Shown one piece after another: positions 21,155 to 31,208 of a stretch of 64,000 nt of DNA; the stretch's first letter is position 1; every line of letters starts with the position of its first letter. The stretch covers positions 96,001-160,000 of the forward strand of contig JBHJHA010000011.1 in the NCBI GenBank assembly GCA_050331235.1, in the 5' to 3' direction. This DNA is from Leptolyngbyaceae cyanobacterium. GTDB lineage: Bacteria > Cyanobacteriota > Cyanobacteriia > Phormidesmidales > Phormidesmidaceae. The notes beneath the pieces are model-generated. The model had not been told where the DNA came from, did no database searches, and saw only the letters and a list, made by a program, of their open reading frames with translations. A program made the position numbers and the translations under genes.

Positions 21155-21192
21155 GTAGGGGCGCACTACCCGCCCGACCCTGGATGCGCCCC
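21155..21192. repeat. Degenerate GTAG-type REP upstream of the RAYT gene
   Basis: GTAGGGGCGCA...TGCGCCCC, with the same arms as the intragenic REP. Confidence 0.65.
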
Positions 21193-21258
21193 CCCGGCCC
21201 AACGATTCGCAGCAGACTGGTTGGGGAATCCTGGCCTTATTCCCAGTCGCCCATGCCC

Positions 21259-21852
21259 ATGCCATACAATCCCGATAAACACCACCGTCGGTCCATTCGC
21301 CTCCAGGGCTATGACTATTCATCCACCGGGGTCTATTTCATCACCCTCTGCACCTTTCAACGTCAGTGCCTATTCGGAAAGATCATCGACGGCACCATAC
21401 AATTGAATACATTTGGCCAAATCGTTGCAGAGGAATGGCGGCAATCCAGCAGCATCCGGCAGGAAATTGAATTTGGTCAATGGGTCATCATGCCGAACCA
21501 CCTACACGGCATTGTGTTGATTAATCCCGTCGGGGCGCACAACCGGGTAGGGGCGCACGGTCGTGCGCCCCTACGGATGGGAATTGCACACCGCAAACCC
21601 CGATCGCTGTCATCATTCATTGCCGGATTTAAATCTGCCACCACCAAACGCATCAATGCCGCCCGCAATTCGCCCAGAACCCCGGTTTGGCAACGCAACT
21701 ATTACGACCACATCATCCGCAATGAAGCATCACTGCAAAGGATTCAGCAATATATTCAAAACAATCCTGCCACCTGGCAAGATGACCAACTAAATTCGTC
21801 TAATCATCAAAGGTTTAGCAGCCGAGAGGCTGAAAGCGATCATCCACAGTGA
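21259..21852 (+). mobile_element. REP-associated tyrosine transposase (RAYT, Y1 HUH family)
   Basis: HRRSIRL.GYDYS..G.YFITLCT, IMPNHLHGI (HUH), FKS, WQRNYYDHIIR and YI.NNP..W. Confidence 0.9.
21529..21574. repeat. REP half-copy plus perfect REP palindrome inside the RAYT ORF
   Basis: GTCGGGGCGCAC (21529-21540), then GTAGGGGCGCACG-GT-CGTGCGCCCCTAC (21547-21574). Confidence 0.85.
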
Positions 21853-22009
21853 TCAGTCTGCAACCGAGGCCGGTCATCGCCCACTAACCCTAAGATTTAT
21901 CTCTCAATGATTGGCGAATGCCCAGGTGGGTTGGCAGCTATGCAGTCTTAGGTCAGGATGTGAAACAAGCTCTCAAAAGGCCCCTTCCGCATCATATACA
22001 GGTGTCCCC

Positions 22010-22540
22010 ATGACTCATCATTTTCATAAAATAATTTCGTGGCTAACAGCCATGGTGTTGATGGGGATATCCCTACTCAGCCCGATTTTGTCAACCTCAC
22101 CTGCTCTGGCAGCCATCCGACAGTTAGAAGAGGCCACAGGGCAAATTGTTTATCAGTCGCGTCAGGCAATCTCGGATCAGCATGGCGATCGCTGGCAGGT
22201 AATCGCCTTCAATCGCCTACGCCCGGATGGCAGTAGTCACGTTTATCTACGACTTGTCGGGTTTCCCGGCAGCGTGACTATTGATCGCACCCAACCACTC
22301 CAGTTAATTAGTTCGATGCAGCAGATTTTCACGGTTCAGGATGCATCCAGCCACATCTTTACCAATGAGTCAGCCCCCGAACCCCACATTGGGCAGTATG
22401 ACTTGCAAGCGATCGCGTCACAGTTGCCGACCGCCATACCGATGCAGCTAGTCCTGCCGACCGTGGGTCAAGAGGCCATTGTGCTGGCCCTATCCCCTGG
22501 GCTAATTCAAGAATGGCAAACTGTAGCAACCCATAACTGA
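22010..22540 (+). CDS. DUF3122-like secreted protein
   Basis: Signal peptide ending PALA, then IRQLEE..GQ.VYQSRQ...D..G..WQ.IAF and LRLVGFPG. Confidence 0.75.
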   Translation: MTHHFHKIISWLTAMVLMGISLLSPILSTSPALAAIRQLEEATGQIVYQSRQAISDQHGDRWQVIAFNRLRPDGSSHVYLRLVGFPGSVTIDRTQPLQLISSMQQIFTVQDASSHIFTNESAPEPHIGQYDLQAIASQLPTAIPMQLVLPTVGQEAIVLALSPGLIQEWQTVATHN

Positions 22541-22666
22541 GCCAGACTGGCAGCCCCCTTCCTATCCCTTAATCCTTAGGGAATAGGGCTGAACGCTCAT
22601 CACAGCAAATGTAATGTTGGCGAGTCACGATACCCCGCCCTTCTATCGATACAACTGTAGGCAGCT

Positions 22667-23380
22667 ATGGATACGAAAGCACTTTTAGCCCGGTATCAAG
22701 CCGGCGATCGCGATTTCTCTCAACTCAAGCTGTTAGAAATTGAATTGCTCCAGCTCATGTTCAACCAGGCAAATTTCAGTCACTCTGACCTGCGCCAGTC
22801 ACGACTAGGGCGCACCCGTTTCATCCAGGCTAACTTTGAGCAAAGCGATTTGAGCGAAGCGCTCTTGTGGGGCAGCAACTTGAGTGAGGCCAATTTAGTG
22901 CAAGTCCGGTTGCGAGAGGCCGATTTGAGCGGTGCGGTCTTGACTAAGGCTAATCTGACCGAGGCCCATCTGCTAAAGGCAAGTCTCAATGGCACTAACT
23001 TCAGAGGGGCCAACCTGTCCGGAGCCTGCCTTATCGAAGCGGATTTGCGATCGGCGGCGGATCAGCAAACTAACTTGCAAGGGGCCAATCTACAACGAGC
23101 CAATCTCAGCTATAGCAAACTGAACGGAGCCAATCTGCAACGGGCTGATTTGTCCCATGCGATCCTCTGTCGCGCTCACCTGAGTATTGATTATCGGCCT
23201 GGAGCAGTGCCCACTGACCTCAGCAAGACCAATTTGCAGGGGGCTGATTTAAGCTACGCCGACCTAAGCGGCGCGAATCTAGCCGAGGCCAATCTGCAAG
23301 GGGCCGACTTGACTGGAACAATATTGAGCCAGGCAAACCTGCGCCATACCGTCATGCCAGATGGTAAGCGCCACGATTAG
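22667..23380 (+). CDS. Pentapeptide repeat protein
   Basis: LLARY.AG.RDFS N-cap, extensive ANL/ADL repeats and a C-terminal MPDG. Confidence 0.93.
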   Translation: MDTKALLARYQAGDRDFSQLKLLEIELLQLMFNQANFSHSDLRQSRLGRTRFIQANFEQSDLSEALLWGSNLSEANLVQVRLREADLSGAVLTKANLTEAHLLKASLNGTNFRGANLSGACLIEADLRSAADQQTNLQGANLQRANLSYSKLNGANLQRADLSHAILCRAHLSIDYRPGAVPTDLSKTNLQGADLSYADLSGANLAEANLQGADLTGTILSQANLRHTVMPDGKRHD

Positions 23381-23728
23381 CGTTCCTGGCTGCATCCACC
23401 GTAGGACGACCTGAGATGCAGTAAAGCTTTCTCTTGATTCCCCTAGGCAAGGGGATCTCATGGCTAAGACCTGTCAGGGCAACATCCAGTGGGCATTCTG
23501 GCGATCGCTGGTAGCGGGTCGCCCAGCAGAGCTACAGGCTAAGTGATGAGCCTCAGCTTCTGAGCTTTACAACGTGGTGATGGAACGTTTGCCACATCAG
23601 CAACCGAGCAACTTTTATACAAGGAGCCACTTGATCAAGGATGAGCTCGAGCCGGCTAGCAATGTAGTTTCCCATGACAAGGGACGGCGACAGCCAGGGG
23701 AGCGCCGCCACAATTTTTGAACCTAGGG

Positions 23729-24799
23729 CTATCGCACCTCATTTCTGGTGGCTTCGGCATCGATGGGACGCATCCAATAAAGCCTTAGCAAATCGCCCAC
23801 AGTGCCGGCAATGAGAGAGGCTTTACGGAGAAATTTCCACAGCTTAGGAGCTGAACCTTGCGCCATGTCTTTGAGCTTCAAATTCCGCTCTGCACAGCGA
23901 TCAAGACGCCGAAAAAATTCGGGATGATCGACGTTGAGGATGACCGGAAACGCCCGGACCGAAGTACTGTTCGTCTCTCGCACGACGGCTCGATCGAACT
24001 CAGTTGCATTTAGCCCCAGCATCTCGTAGAAGTCGGTCCGCTCATGAACCGTCAAGCTGTGGGTGGCAAACACTGACAACAGGAAAAATCGGCTCCAGAG
24101 GCGAGACTGCCAGGTATTCCACATGTGGGATTGCGATCGCAACAGCGCTTTGAAGATGTCGCCATGGCGGTTTTCATCCTGACACCAGCTCTCAAAGTAA
24201 TTGAACAGCGGATAAAAGCGGTTTTCAGGATGCTGTTCTAGATGTCGGTGAATCAGGATATAGCGCCAGTAGCCAATTTTCTCGGAAAGATAGACCGCGT
24301 AGATAACCCACTCCACCGGGAAAAAGGTGTAAGTGCGCCTTTTCGTCAGCTTGGCCAAATCTAGCGAAAGGCCAAAATCTGCCATAGCTTTATTCAGAAA
24401 TCCTGCGTGACGAGCTTCATCACGGGCCATAAGTGAGAAAATTTCCGCGAGGAGGGGATTGCGACCCTTCAGTTTACGAGATAGCTCTTTGAATAGGAGA
24501 AAACCCGAAAACTCTGAGACGCAGGAGCGCTCTAGATAATCAATGAACGCCTGACGCTCTTTACCTTGGATGGCGTCCCAGTTGCCTTGAAAGGATTCGT
24601 CTCGCACAAAGTGATCGCGGTTGTAGTCAGCCCGCATTTCTGCCAGCATCGCCTCGAGGTCGACTTCTCCAGCTGACAGGTCTAGACTTGCCGCTTTTTC
24701 AAAGTCAGTTGTGTAAAAGCGAGGGGTGAGAAGAGTCTCTTCAACCGCAGATTTTGAGCTCGATACCGACTTTGCAGATGATGACGCAGTACTGACCAT
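23729..24799 (-). CDS. acsF: Mg-protoporphyrin IX monomethyl ester oxidative cyclase, low-O2 type (ChlAII/CycII-like)
   Basis: ETLLTPRFYTTDF, RDEARHAG, YLSEKIGYWRY and WCQDENRHGD; EWVIY and KALLRSQ variants are typical of the second paralog. Confidence 0.93.
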   Translation of the reverse strand: MVSTASSSAKSVSSSKSAVEETLLTPRFYTTDFEKAASLDLSAGEVDLEAMLAEMRADYNRDHFVRDESFQGNWDAIQGKERQAFIDYLERSCVSEFSGFLLFKELSRKLKGRNPLLAEIFSLMARDEARHAGFLNKAMADFGLSLDLAKLTKRRTYTFFPVEWVIYAVYLSEKIGYWRYILIHRHLEQHPENRFYPLFNYFESWCQDENRHGDIFKALLRSQSHMWNTWQSRLWSRFFLLSVFATHSLTVHERTDFYEMLGLNATEFDRAVVRETNSTSVRAFPVILNVDHPEFFRRLDRCAERNLKLKDMAQGSAPKLWKFLRKASLIAGTVGDLLRLYWMRPIDAEATRNEVR

Positions 24800-25267
24800 G
24801 CAGTCCTCCAAGCGAAATAGCTTTGATAACCAAACGGCTATCAACTAGAAACAGACTATATCACTTTGGCCCCTAGGCGCGATCGCCCCTTTAAAGCTTC
24901 AGCTACGCAAACGGACCTAATCTGCCATCGCTGGGGCTATCAAAAGGTCTATTTTGAAGATTTAGAGACTTTTCAAAAAGTTTCTTCATCCTGCCATACC
25001 CAGTCCTTCTCGCCTGAGCAAGATATGAAGTTTTGACAACAAAAGCCATCATGAGGTTTCATAACCGTAGAGTAATGAAAGCAATATCCCCAGCTAGCGA
25101 ATTCGACTTGCAGGCTATAAGCAGGCTGTCCTCAAGTGCTGCGGCTGTCTACTCTCCCAGTCGGTTTAGCCACACTCCGGGCCCACGGGGTGCATCCCGT
25201 GGTTGCCCTGCCAACCGCAAATGCGTCTGACAAATTCACTCTAAACCTTTCATTTAATCTTGCCCCT

Positions 25268-26371
25268 ATGACATCACTACCGGCATTGAAAATTGGTCAA
25301 CACACGGCTCGCTATCCCATCATCCAGGGAGGGATGGGCATCCGCATTTCAGGGGCGAGCTTAGCCGCTGCCGTCGCCAATGCGGGCGGCATTGGGATTA
25401 TCTCGGCAATAGGGTTGGGGCTGAGATCGCCCTATTTCGATCCGTTAGAACCCAGCCCCAAAAAGCGCCACGAAAACCTTCTAGAAGCTAACCGTTTAGC
25501 GCTGATTGACGAGCTCCAGAAGGCTCGAAAAATTAGCCCTCACGGCATTATTGGGATCAATGCGATGGTGGCCGCTCACGGCTACGAAACGCTCGTAAAA
25601 ACTGCGGCCCAGCATGGCGCAGATTTGATCATTTCCGGCGCAGGGCTACCGCTACCGCTGCCAGGGCTGACCGCCGAATTTCCTTCTGTCGCGCTGGTGC
25701 CGATTGTCTCTAGCGTGCGCACCGCCAGAATCATTTGTCAGAAGTGGCAGCGTCAGCACGATCGCTTACCGGATGGGATCGTGGTCGAAAATCCTCGCTC
25801 TGCTGGCGGGCATCTTGGGGCAAAGGTTGATCAGTTGGAAGACGAGACTTTAAACGCCTCAACTGTTATTCCCAACCTGGTTAGTTATCTCCAGCAAGAC
25901 CTGAAAGTCGATATCCCCATCGTCGCCGCTGGCGGCGTCTGGGATCATGCCGACATTTTGCAAGCCCTAGCTTTAGGAGCGAGCGGTGTACAAATCGGCA
26001 CGCGGTTCATTACGACTGAGGAATGCGACGCCGATCGCCGCTATAAGGAATTTCATTTACAAGCGCAGCCTGAGGATGTCGTACTGGTCTCCAGTCCTGT
26101 GGGACTGCCGGGGAGAGCCTTGCGTAATCCCTTCGTAGACAAGCTCTTGGCCCAGGACGCTGAAATCACCCAGGAGCCCTGCCTGGCAAACTGCTTAAAA
26201 GCCTGTCAGTATCGCGATCGGCGCGAAACCTACTGCATTTTGCGGGCCTTGGATCAGGCATCACAGGGTGAAATTGAGTCAGGGCTCATTTTTGCCGGTA
26301 GCAACGCCGGTCAAGCCAAGCGCATTCTACCCGTTGCGGAGCTCATGGCGGAATTAACGCTCTCTTCGTAA
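25268..26371 (+). CDS. Nitronate monooxygenase / FabK-like flavin oxidoreductase
   Basis: PIIQGGMG, SGAGLP, AGGHLG, AAGGVW, GVQIGTRF, a CxxxCxxxC cluster and FAGSN. Confidence 0.88.
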   Translation: MTSLPALKIGQHTARYPIIQGGMGIRISGASLAAAVANAGGIGIISAIGLGLRSPYFDPLEPSPKKRHENLLEANRLALIDELQKARKISPHGIIGINAMVAAHGYETLVKTAAQHGADLIISGAGLPLPLPGLTAEFPSVALVPIVSSVRTARIICQKWQRQHDRLPDGIVVENPRSAGGHLGAKVDQLEDETLNASTVIPNLVSYLQQDLKVDIPIVAAGGVWDHADILQALALGASGVQIGTRFITTEECDADRRYKEFHLQAQPEDVVLVSSPVGLPGRALRNPFVDKLLAQDAEITQEPCLANCLKACQYRDRRETYCILRALDQASQGEIESGLIFAGSNAGQAKRILPVAELMAELTLSS

Positions 26372-26383
26372 ACGGAGTTGACG

Positions 26384-27019
26384 ATGATATTTTCTACGCC
26401 TCCGGCCGAACCGGGGTCAGCGCTGCCAGCGATCCCCGCTGACCATCTCAACCTCATGGGATACGTTGATCGCTCAGAGGTAAATGGGCCTGGCTATCGC
26501 GCCGTCGTCTGGGTGCAAGGGTGCCGGCGGGCCTGCCCGGGTTGTTTCAATCCTGAATCTTGGTCTTTTGCGCCCAATCAGATTGGGCCTGTTGACAACA
26601 TCCTTGCCCGCATCTTGTCTGAACCCCGCAACGACGGGGTGACTTTTTCCGGCGGGGAACCGTTTTGGCAAGCTCCGGCGTTAGCTAAAATTGCTCGGTG
26701 GGTCAGGCAGCAAGGACTCACTGTCATGTCGTTTACTGGCTTCACTTTGGAGCAATTGCGGGCAAAAGCGGCCCCCGCAGGAACCAACGCCTTGTTAGCA
26801 GAGTTAGACGTCTTAATCGACGGCCCCTACGTAGAGTCATTGGCGATTCATGATCCAACTTCGCCAGTTTCCTCTAAAAATCAGCACGTGAATGTGTTCA
26901 ACCCGGATCTAAAAGACCGCATCACTTGGGCCAGCGATCAGGTAGAGGTGCATATCCTAAAGGATGGTAGCCGCATTGTGACAGGGTATCGAGGAAGTCT
27001 AAAGGATGGGCAGCAATGA
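26384..27019 (+). CDS. Radical-SAM protein, NrdG-like activating enzyme family
   Basis: NGPG.RAVVWVQGCRRACPGCFNP, GVTFSGGEPF and DVLIDGPY. Confidence 0.88.
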   Translation: MIFSTPPAEPGSALPAIPADHLNLMGYVDRSEVNGPGYRAVVWVQGCRRACPGCFNPESWSFAPNQIGPVDNILARILSEPRNDGVTFSGGEPFWQAPALAKIARWVRQQGLTVMSFTGFTLEQLRAKAAPAGTNALLAELDVLIDGPYVESLAIHDPTSPVSSKNQHVNVFNPDLKDRITWASDQVEVHILKDGSRIVTGYRGSLKDGQQ

Positions 27020-27611
27020 CGTTGGTCACGATCAGTTCTCTCAGGGCATGAGCAATACTCACCCCTGGCAAACCCGCGATCGCATCCTGCAGCTTCAGAC
27101 TCGATGGTTCACGCTGATCGGTGAGCATCTGGAGACAACGCCGGGCACTGTCCTGGAATATTGGCGGATCGAAAAGGTGGATTCTGTGATTGTGCTGCCA
27201 ATTTGGCGGCAGCAGTTAATTTTGCCAGTTGCGACCTATCGGCCCGGCGTGGGCAAGTCCACCCTAGATTTTCCTGGCGGACGATGCCCCGAAGACCAGC
27301 GTCCGGCTCAGGCGGCGATATCCATCTTGCAGCGAGAGTTAGGCGTTGTTGAAAACGCCATCGATCATCTGGTGCCGCTCAACTCAGCCGGATGGGCGGT
27401 GAACAGTTCGTTTTCTAACCAGCGGCTCTACGGCTTTGTAGCGCATTTACAGTCCGCCAGTGACATCCCTGAAGCCGGCATCGAAACGACCTATCCGGCA
27501 GACTCTCAGGGCATCCGGTCATTGCTGCAGGTGCTGGAATGTTTGCAATGCCGGTTAGTGCTCCGAGAATGGCAGGCACGATATTTAGAAAAGGAACCGT
27601 CAGTAGACTAA
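27006..27611 (+). CDS. NUDIX-fold hydrolase (degenerate Nudix box)
   Basis: YRPGVG..TLDFPGG......P.QAA...L.RELG; start may be 27048. Confidence 0.75.
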   Translation: MGSNDVGHDQFSQGMSNTHPWQTRDRILQLQTRWFTLIGEHLETTPGTVLEYWRIEKVDSVIVLPIWRQQLILPVATYRPGVGKSTLDFPGGRCPEDQRPAQAAISILQRELGVVENAIDHLVPLNSAGWAVNSSFSNQRLYGFVAHLQSASDIPEAGIETTYPADSQGIRSLLQVLECLQCRLVLREWQARYLEKEPSVD

Positions 27612-27649
27612 ACGGCCCATGCTCCAGGTTCACCGGGTACAGGCAGGCT

Positions 27650-29038
27650 CTAAACGACCTCAAAGCCTGCTGATTTCCAAGCGCTCATACCACCTAAGAC
27701 GTTGATCACCTCAGCCCAATTTTGCTGCTGAAGCAAACTTGCTGCTACCGATGCCCGGTATCCGCTACCACACACCACTGCGACCGGGCGCTCTTTGGGG
27801 ACTTCATCCAATCGCTTCGGCAGCTCCGCCCCGGTAATGTGAATCGCATTTTCAATGTGTCCGGCATTCCATTCCCCAATCTGACGCACATCTAGCGTCA
27901 GCAAATCAGTATTGCGCTGCTGCTGTTCTCGCAGGGTGTGTACCGTCCACTGGGTCAGCAGCGCCAGCTCTTTTGCCGCAACTCGCCAAGCCATCATGCC
28001 CCCCGCTAACCAGCCCTGGGGCAAATCGTAGCCAATTCGCAGCAACTGCCAGCAAACCTCCCAAAGGTCTTGAGGGCGCTCCAGCACCAAAATTAGCGGC
28101 GTATCTGGTGGCAGCACGGAACCAGCCCAGGTAGCAAAGGATGAACCAAGCCCCACATTCACGGCCCCGGGAATATGATTTGAAAAGGCTTCGGGCGATC
28201 GACAGTCCAACACAATTGCCCCCTGCTGTCGCCATTGGTCAAACTGACTCACGGTTAGCGGGGAGGGATCGGTAAGGACTCCGAGTAACGAGGGCCCTTG
28301 CTGATTAGCCTGACGCATACGGGGCCAATAGGGCGGCACGGCAGGCAGCTCAGACAGATCCATACACTGCTGGGTAAATTCGTCTTGGGCCGCAAGATTT
28401 GCCAGCATTTTGTTCATGCGGCGCTCGTAGCCAATCGTGGTGGAGAGGCGACTGCCAATGCTACCGCCGCAAAGCGAACCGGCCACATGGGTGGGGTACA
28501 CCTGCACATAATCTGGCAGCTTGAGAATTTTCTCTTGCAGGGTGTGACACAGCTGTCCGGCGTGCTTGCGAATGTCGTCTTCTGAACCGAGCAGATCGGG
28601 ACGGCCCACGTCATCCACTAATAGAGCGCCCCCAGACAGCAGCAGCACGGGTTCTTCTCCGCGATCGCGATCGGTGACCAGCCAGCTCATATGCTCTGGC
28701 GTGTGTCCTGGGGTTTGTAGCGCTTCAAAAACAATTTCCCCCATTTCTAGGCGATCGCCATCACTCATGGCGCGAATGGGATAGTCCAAGTCGGCCCGAG
28801 CACTGCCGATGAGCTGAACGTTGCCTCGCTCTGGCAGTTCACAGATCCCTGTGAGGTAGTCATTATGCTGGTGTGTATCCGCTGCATATCGAATCTGCAT
28901 CCCCTGAGCTTGGGCCGTTTCAAAGTAGATATCGACATCGCGGCGCACATCCAGGACTAGCGCTTCGCCAGTTGTTTCTGATCCCACAAAGTAGGAAGCG
29001 TGGCCTAAGCTTTCGAGATAGAACTGTTTAAAGAACAT
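27650..29038 (-). CDS. MBL-fold hydrolase fused to two rhodanese domains (CstB-like persulfide dioxygenase-sulfurtransferase)
   Basis: DTHQHNDY, TPGHTPEH, DVGRPDL and GSLCG; C-terminal rhodanese active loop VCGSGYRA. Confidence 0.88.
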   Translation of the reverse strand: MFFKQFYLESLGHASYFVGSETTGEALVLDVRRDVDIYFETAQAQGMQIRYAADTHQHNDYLTGICELPERGNVQLIGSARADLDYPIRAMSDGDRLEMGEIVFEALQTPGHTPEHMSWLVTDRDRGEEPVLLLSGGALLVDDVGRPDLLGSEDDIRKHAGQLCHTLQEKILKLPDYVQVYPTHVAGSLCGGSIGSRLSTTIGYERRMNKMLANLAAQDEFTQQCMDLSELPAVPPYWPRMRQANQQGPSLLGVLTDPSPLTVSQFDQWRQQGAIVLDCRSPEAFSNHIPGAVNVGLGSSFATWAGSVLPPDTPLILVLERPQDLWEVCWQLLRIGYDLPQGWLAGGMMAWRVAAKELALLTQWTVHTLREQQQRNTDLLTLDVRQIGEWNAGHIENAIHITGAELPKRLDEVPKERPVAVVCGSGYRASVAASLLQQQNWAEVINVLGGMSAWKSAGFEVV

Positions 29039-29140
29039 GGTTGCGTCCCAAATATCGCAAGAAAATTGTTCCAGCATGACCGGGGCAGAGAGTTGGCGCA
29101 GCATCAGAGACAGGCACAGTCTGAACCCACGGTCGTGTAG

Positions 29141-29602
29141 CTATGCTGATGGTTCGGTCTTGGAATGGTGCTCGATGTAGTGCACAAAGAACTGCTTCAT
29201 CTGAGGATGGGCATCGCAGTCAAAGCCGTTTTCCTGGCCTTTTGCCATCGCTGCTTCAGCACCCATATTGTTCCGCGTTGCCATATATATCGGCGCCATG
29301 GCCCCCGATCTCATGCCACTTTTACAGTGCGTCAGGGTAGGTTTCGGCAGTTCATCTAAGGTCTGCATCACCTGGTCAGCCAATTCCTCCGTCATGTCGC
29401 TAGGGTTGACCGGAATATTTTCGTAGGTCATTCCAGCCTGTTCAACCTGTGTCGGTTCATCAGACAAAGTGCCCGTTTCCTGGGGCGATCGCAAATTCAA
29501 GACCGATTGAAATCCAGCATTGGCCACCTGCTGAATCTGCTCGGGGCTGAGTTGACAGTCGGCAACGGCAATATCAGCGCTCAGGGATTTAACAAAGCTC
29601 AT
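29141..29602 (-). CDS. DUF442/BLH PTP-like sulfurtransferase
   Basis: GFQSVLNLRSP.E, G..Y.NIPV and active loop HCKSGMRS. Confidence 0.82.
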   Translation of the reverse strand: MSFVKSLSADIAVADCQLSPEQIQQVANAGFQSVLNLRSPQETGTLSDEPTQVEQAGMTYENIPVNPSDMTEELADQVMQTLDELPKPTLTHCKSGMRSGAMAPIYMATRNNMGAEAAMAKGQENGFDCDAHPQMKQFFVHYIEHHSKTEPSA

Positions 29603-30275
29603 AGTTTTCTTGAGTTGATTCAATACATTCTTTTGTCTCTGCAATCAGCACATGGGCTAAAACTCAGTGCTGTCCTCACCTGTGGGAGCCCCAGAAGCTT
29701 TGCTGGCAAGCAAAACAAACCAAGGCGTCCATCATGATTCAAAGCTTGACGTGACTATCTGACAGGCCTCCTCATCGGAATAATCGGCAATTTTGCCACC
29801 GTTCAGAAACCGCAAAGTTTTTACCGAAAAAATCTCAGGACCATAGACAGCTCTCACAATCAATGACGTTGGCGCCAAAGTAGTCAACATCGCCTCAGCA
29901 ACTAGGTTTAAGGGTCTACCGACGCGGGCCTTTTAACTTCCAGCAAAAGGAAGAGCAGTGTTTGCAACCTAGGACAGATACCTGTTTTATTGCGATCGCC
30001 CGTTAGCCCGTCATCAGTTTCCTGAGCCGTAGTATTCGTCAGGTATTTTGCCTTGGAAGCCAATGTAGTTATAGATGTTGCAAAACAGCAATGGGGATTA
30101 GGAACTCCACGAAAGTGAGCATAAATACAAACGAACTGGGAGCGCGGCGGCGGCTTCATAAAGGATGACGCCAAGGGGAAAATGATTTCTGGGAAAATCA
30201 CAAACCCTAAACAATAACTACTGATGCTGCAGGTAGTGTAAGGCCAGCCAGCAACTCAGGACCGAGAGAGCAACT

Positions 30276-31055
30276 TCACCGCTGAATCAACACAAAGATT
30301 GCGACTGCCAGCACAAAATAGCCAAACCCTTTCTCAAGCTGCTTGGCACTAACAAATCGATTCAAATAAGATCCCACCAAAATTCCTAAACAAGCGGCGG
30401 CGGCAAAGGGAAGCAGTAAGCCCCAATCAATCGGCACGTGACCAAAATATCCAGCAAATCCGGTCACAGATTTGAGGGTGAGAATAATCAGTGATGTTCC
30501 CACAGCCTCTTTCATTGGGGTTTTGCCCAACAACACCAGCGCCGGAATAACGAGAAAGCCACCACCAATGCCAATAAATCCGGTGAGTACCCCTACAACT
30601 AAGCCTTCTACTGGAATAGCCAACCATTTTGGCACGATGGCGTGCTGATCATGAGGCTCAACCTTCTCTGAAAGGGCTTCAGATTTTCCGGAGCCTTTGC
30701 GAATCATCATGACCGAGGCGACCAGCATCATGATGCCAAAGGTGACAAGCTGAATCGTTGGGGTAACAAACGGGAACGATGCGAGCCTTGCTCCCAGATA
30801 GGCACCAACCATGGCAGCCGGGGCAAACATCGCAACAATACCGAAATTGACATTACCCTGCCGCCAGTGGGGAATGGCTCCAATCAAACTGGCTACCCCA
30901 ACGATTACCAGCGTCATGGCGAACGCTGATTTGGCAGGTACTGCCATGATGTAAATCAGCACGGGTGCAGCCAGGATCGAACCGCCACCGCCAATAAGTC
31001 CGAGACTGATTCCAATACAAACAGCCAGCAAATACCCAACAACGGTGATTAACAT
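30276..31055 (-). CDS. TauE/SafE sulfite exporter
   Basis: GLIGGGGSIL..P.L.Y and repeated GFIGIGGGFLVIPAL; AVGTSL. Confidence 0.92.
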   Translation of the reverse strand: MLITVVGYLLAVCIGISLGLIGGGGSILAAPVLIYIMAVPAKSAFAMTLVIVGVASLIGAIPHWRQGNVNFGIVAMFAPAAMVGAYLGARLASFPFVTPTIQLVTFGIMMLVASVMMIRKGSGKSEALSEKVEPHDQHAIVPKWLAIPVEGLVVGVLTGFIGIGGGFLVIPALVLLGKTPMKEAVGTSLIILTLKSVTGFAGYFGHVPIDWGLLLPFAAAACLGILVGSYLNRFVSAKQLEKGFGYFVLAVAIFVLIQR

Positions 31056-31208
31056 AGGCTGACATTTCCCAATTAGGGTTAAACGTGGCGATCGCGGCAT
31101 TCGTGGCATGACCAAGGGCATGATTTGCATCACCCAACTGCCATTTCGAAAAAGACACTAAGGTTCGCAAAAAATAGGACGTTCCCAAGAATGTCCTTCC
31201 AGATCGAC

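Noticed and set aside
29908..30201. 97-aa ORF inside the sulfur cluster gap
   Set aside because: Non-ATG start, atypical composition and no motif; likely spurious.
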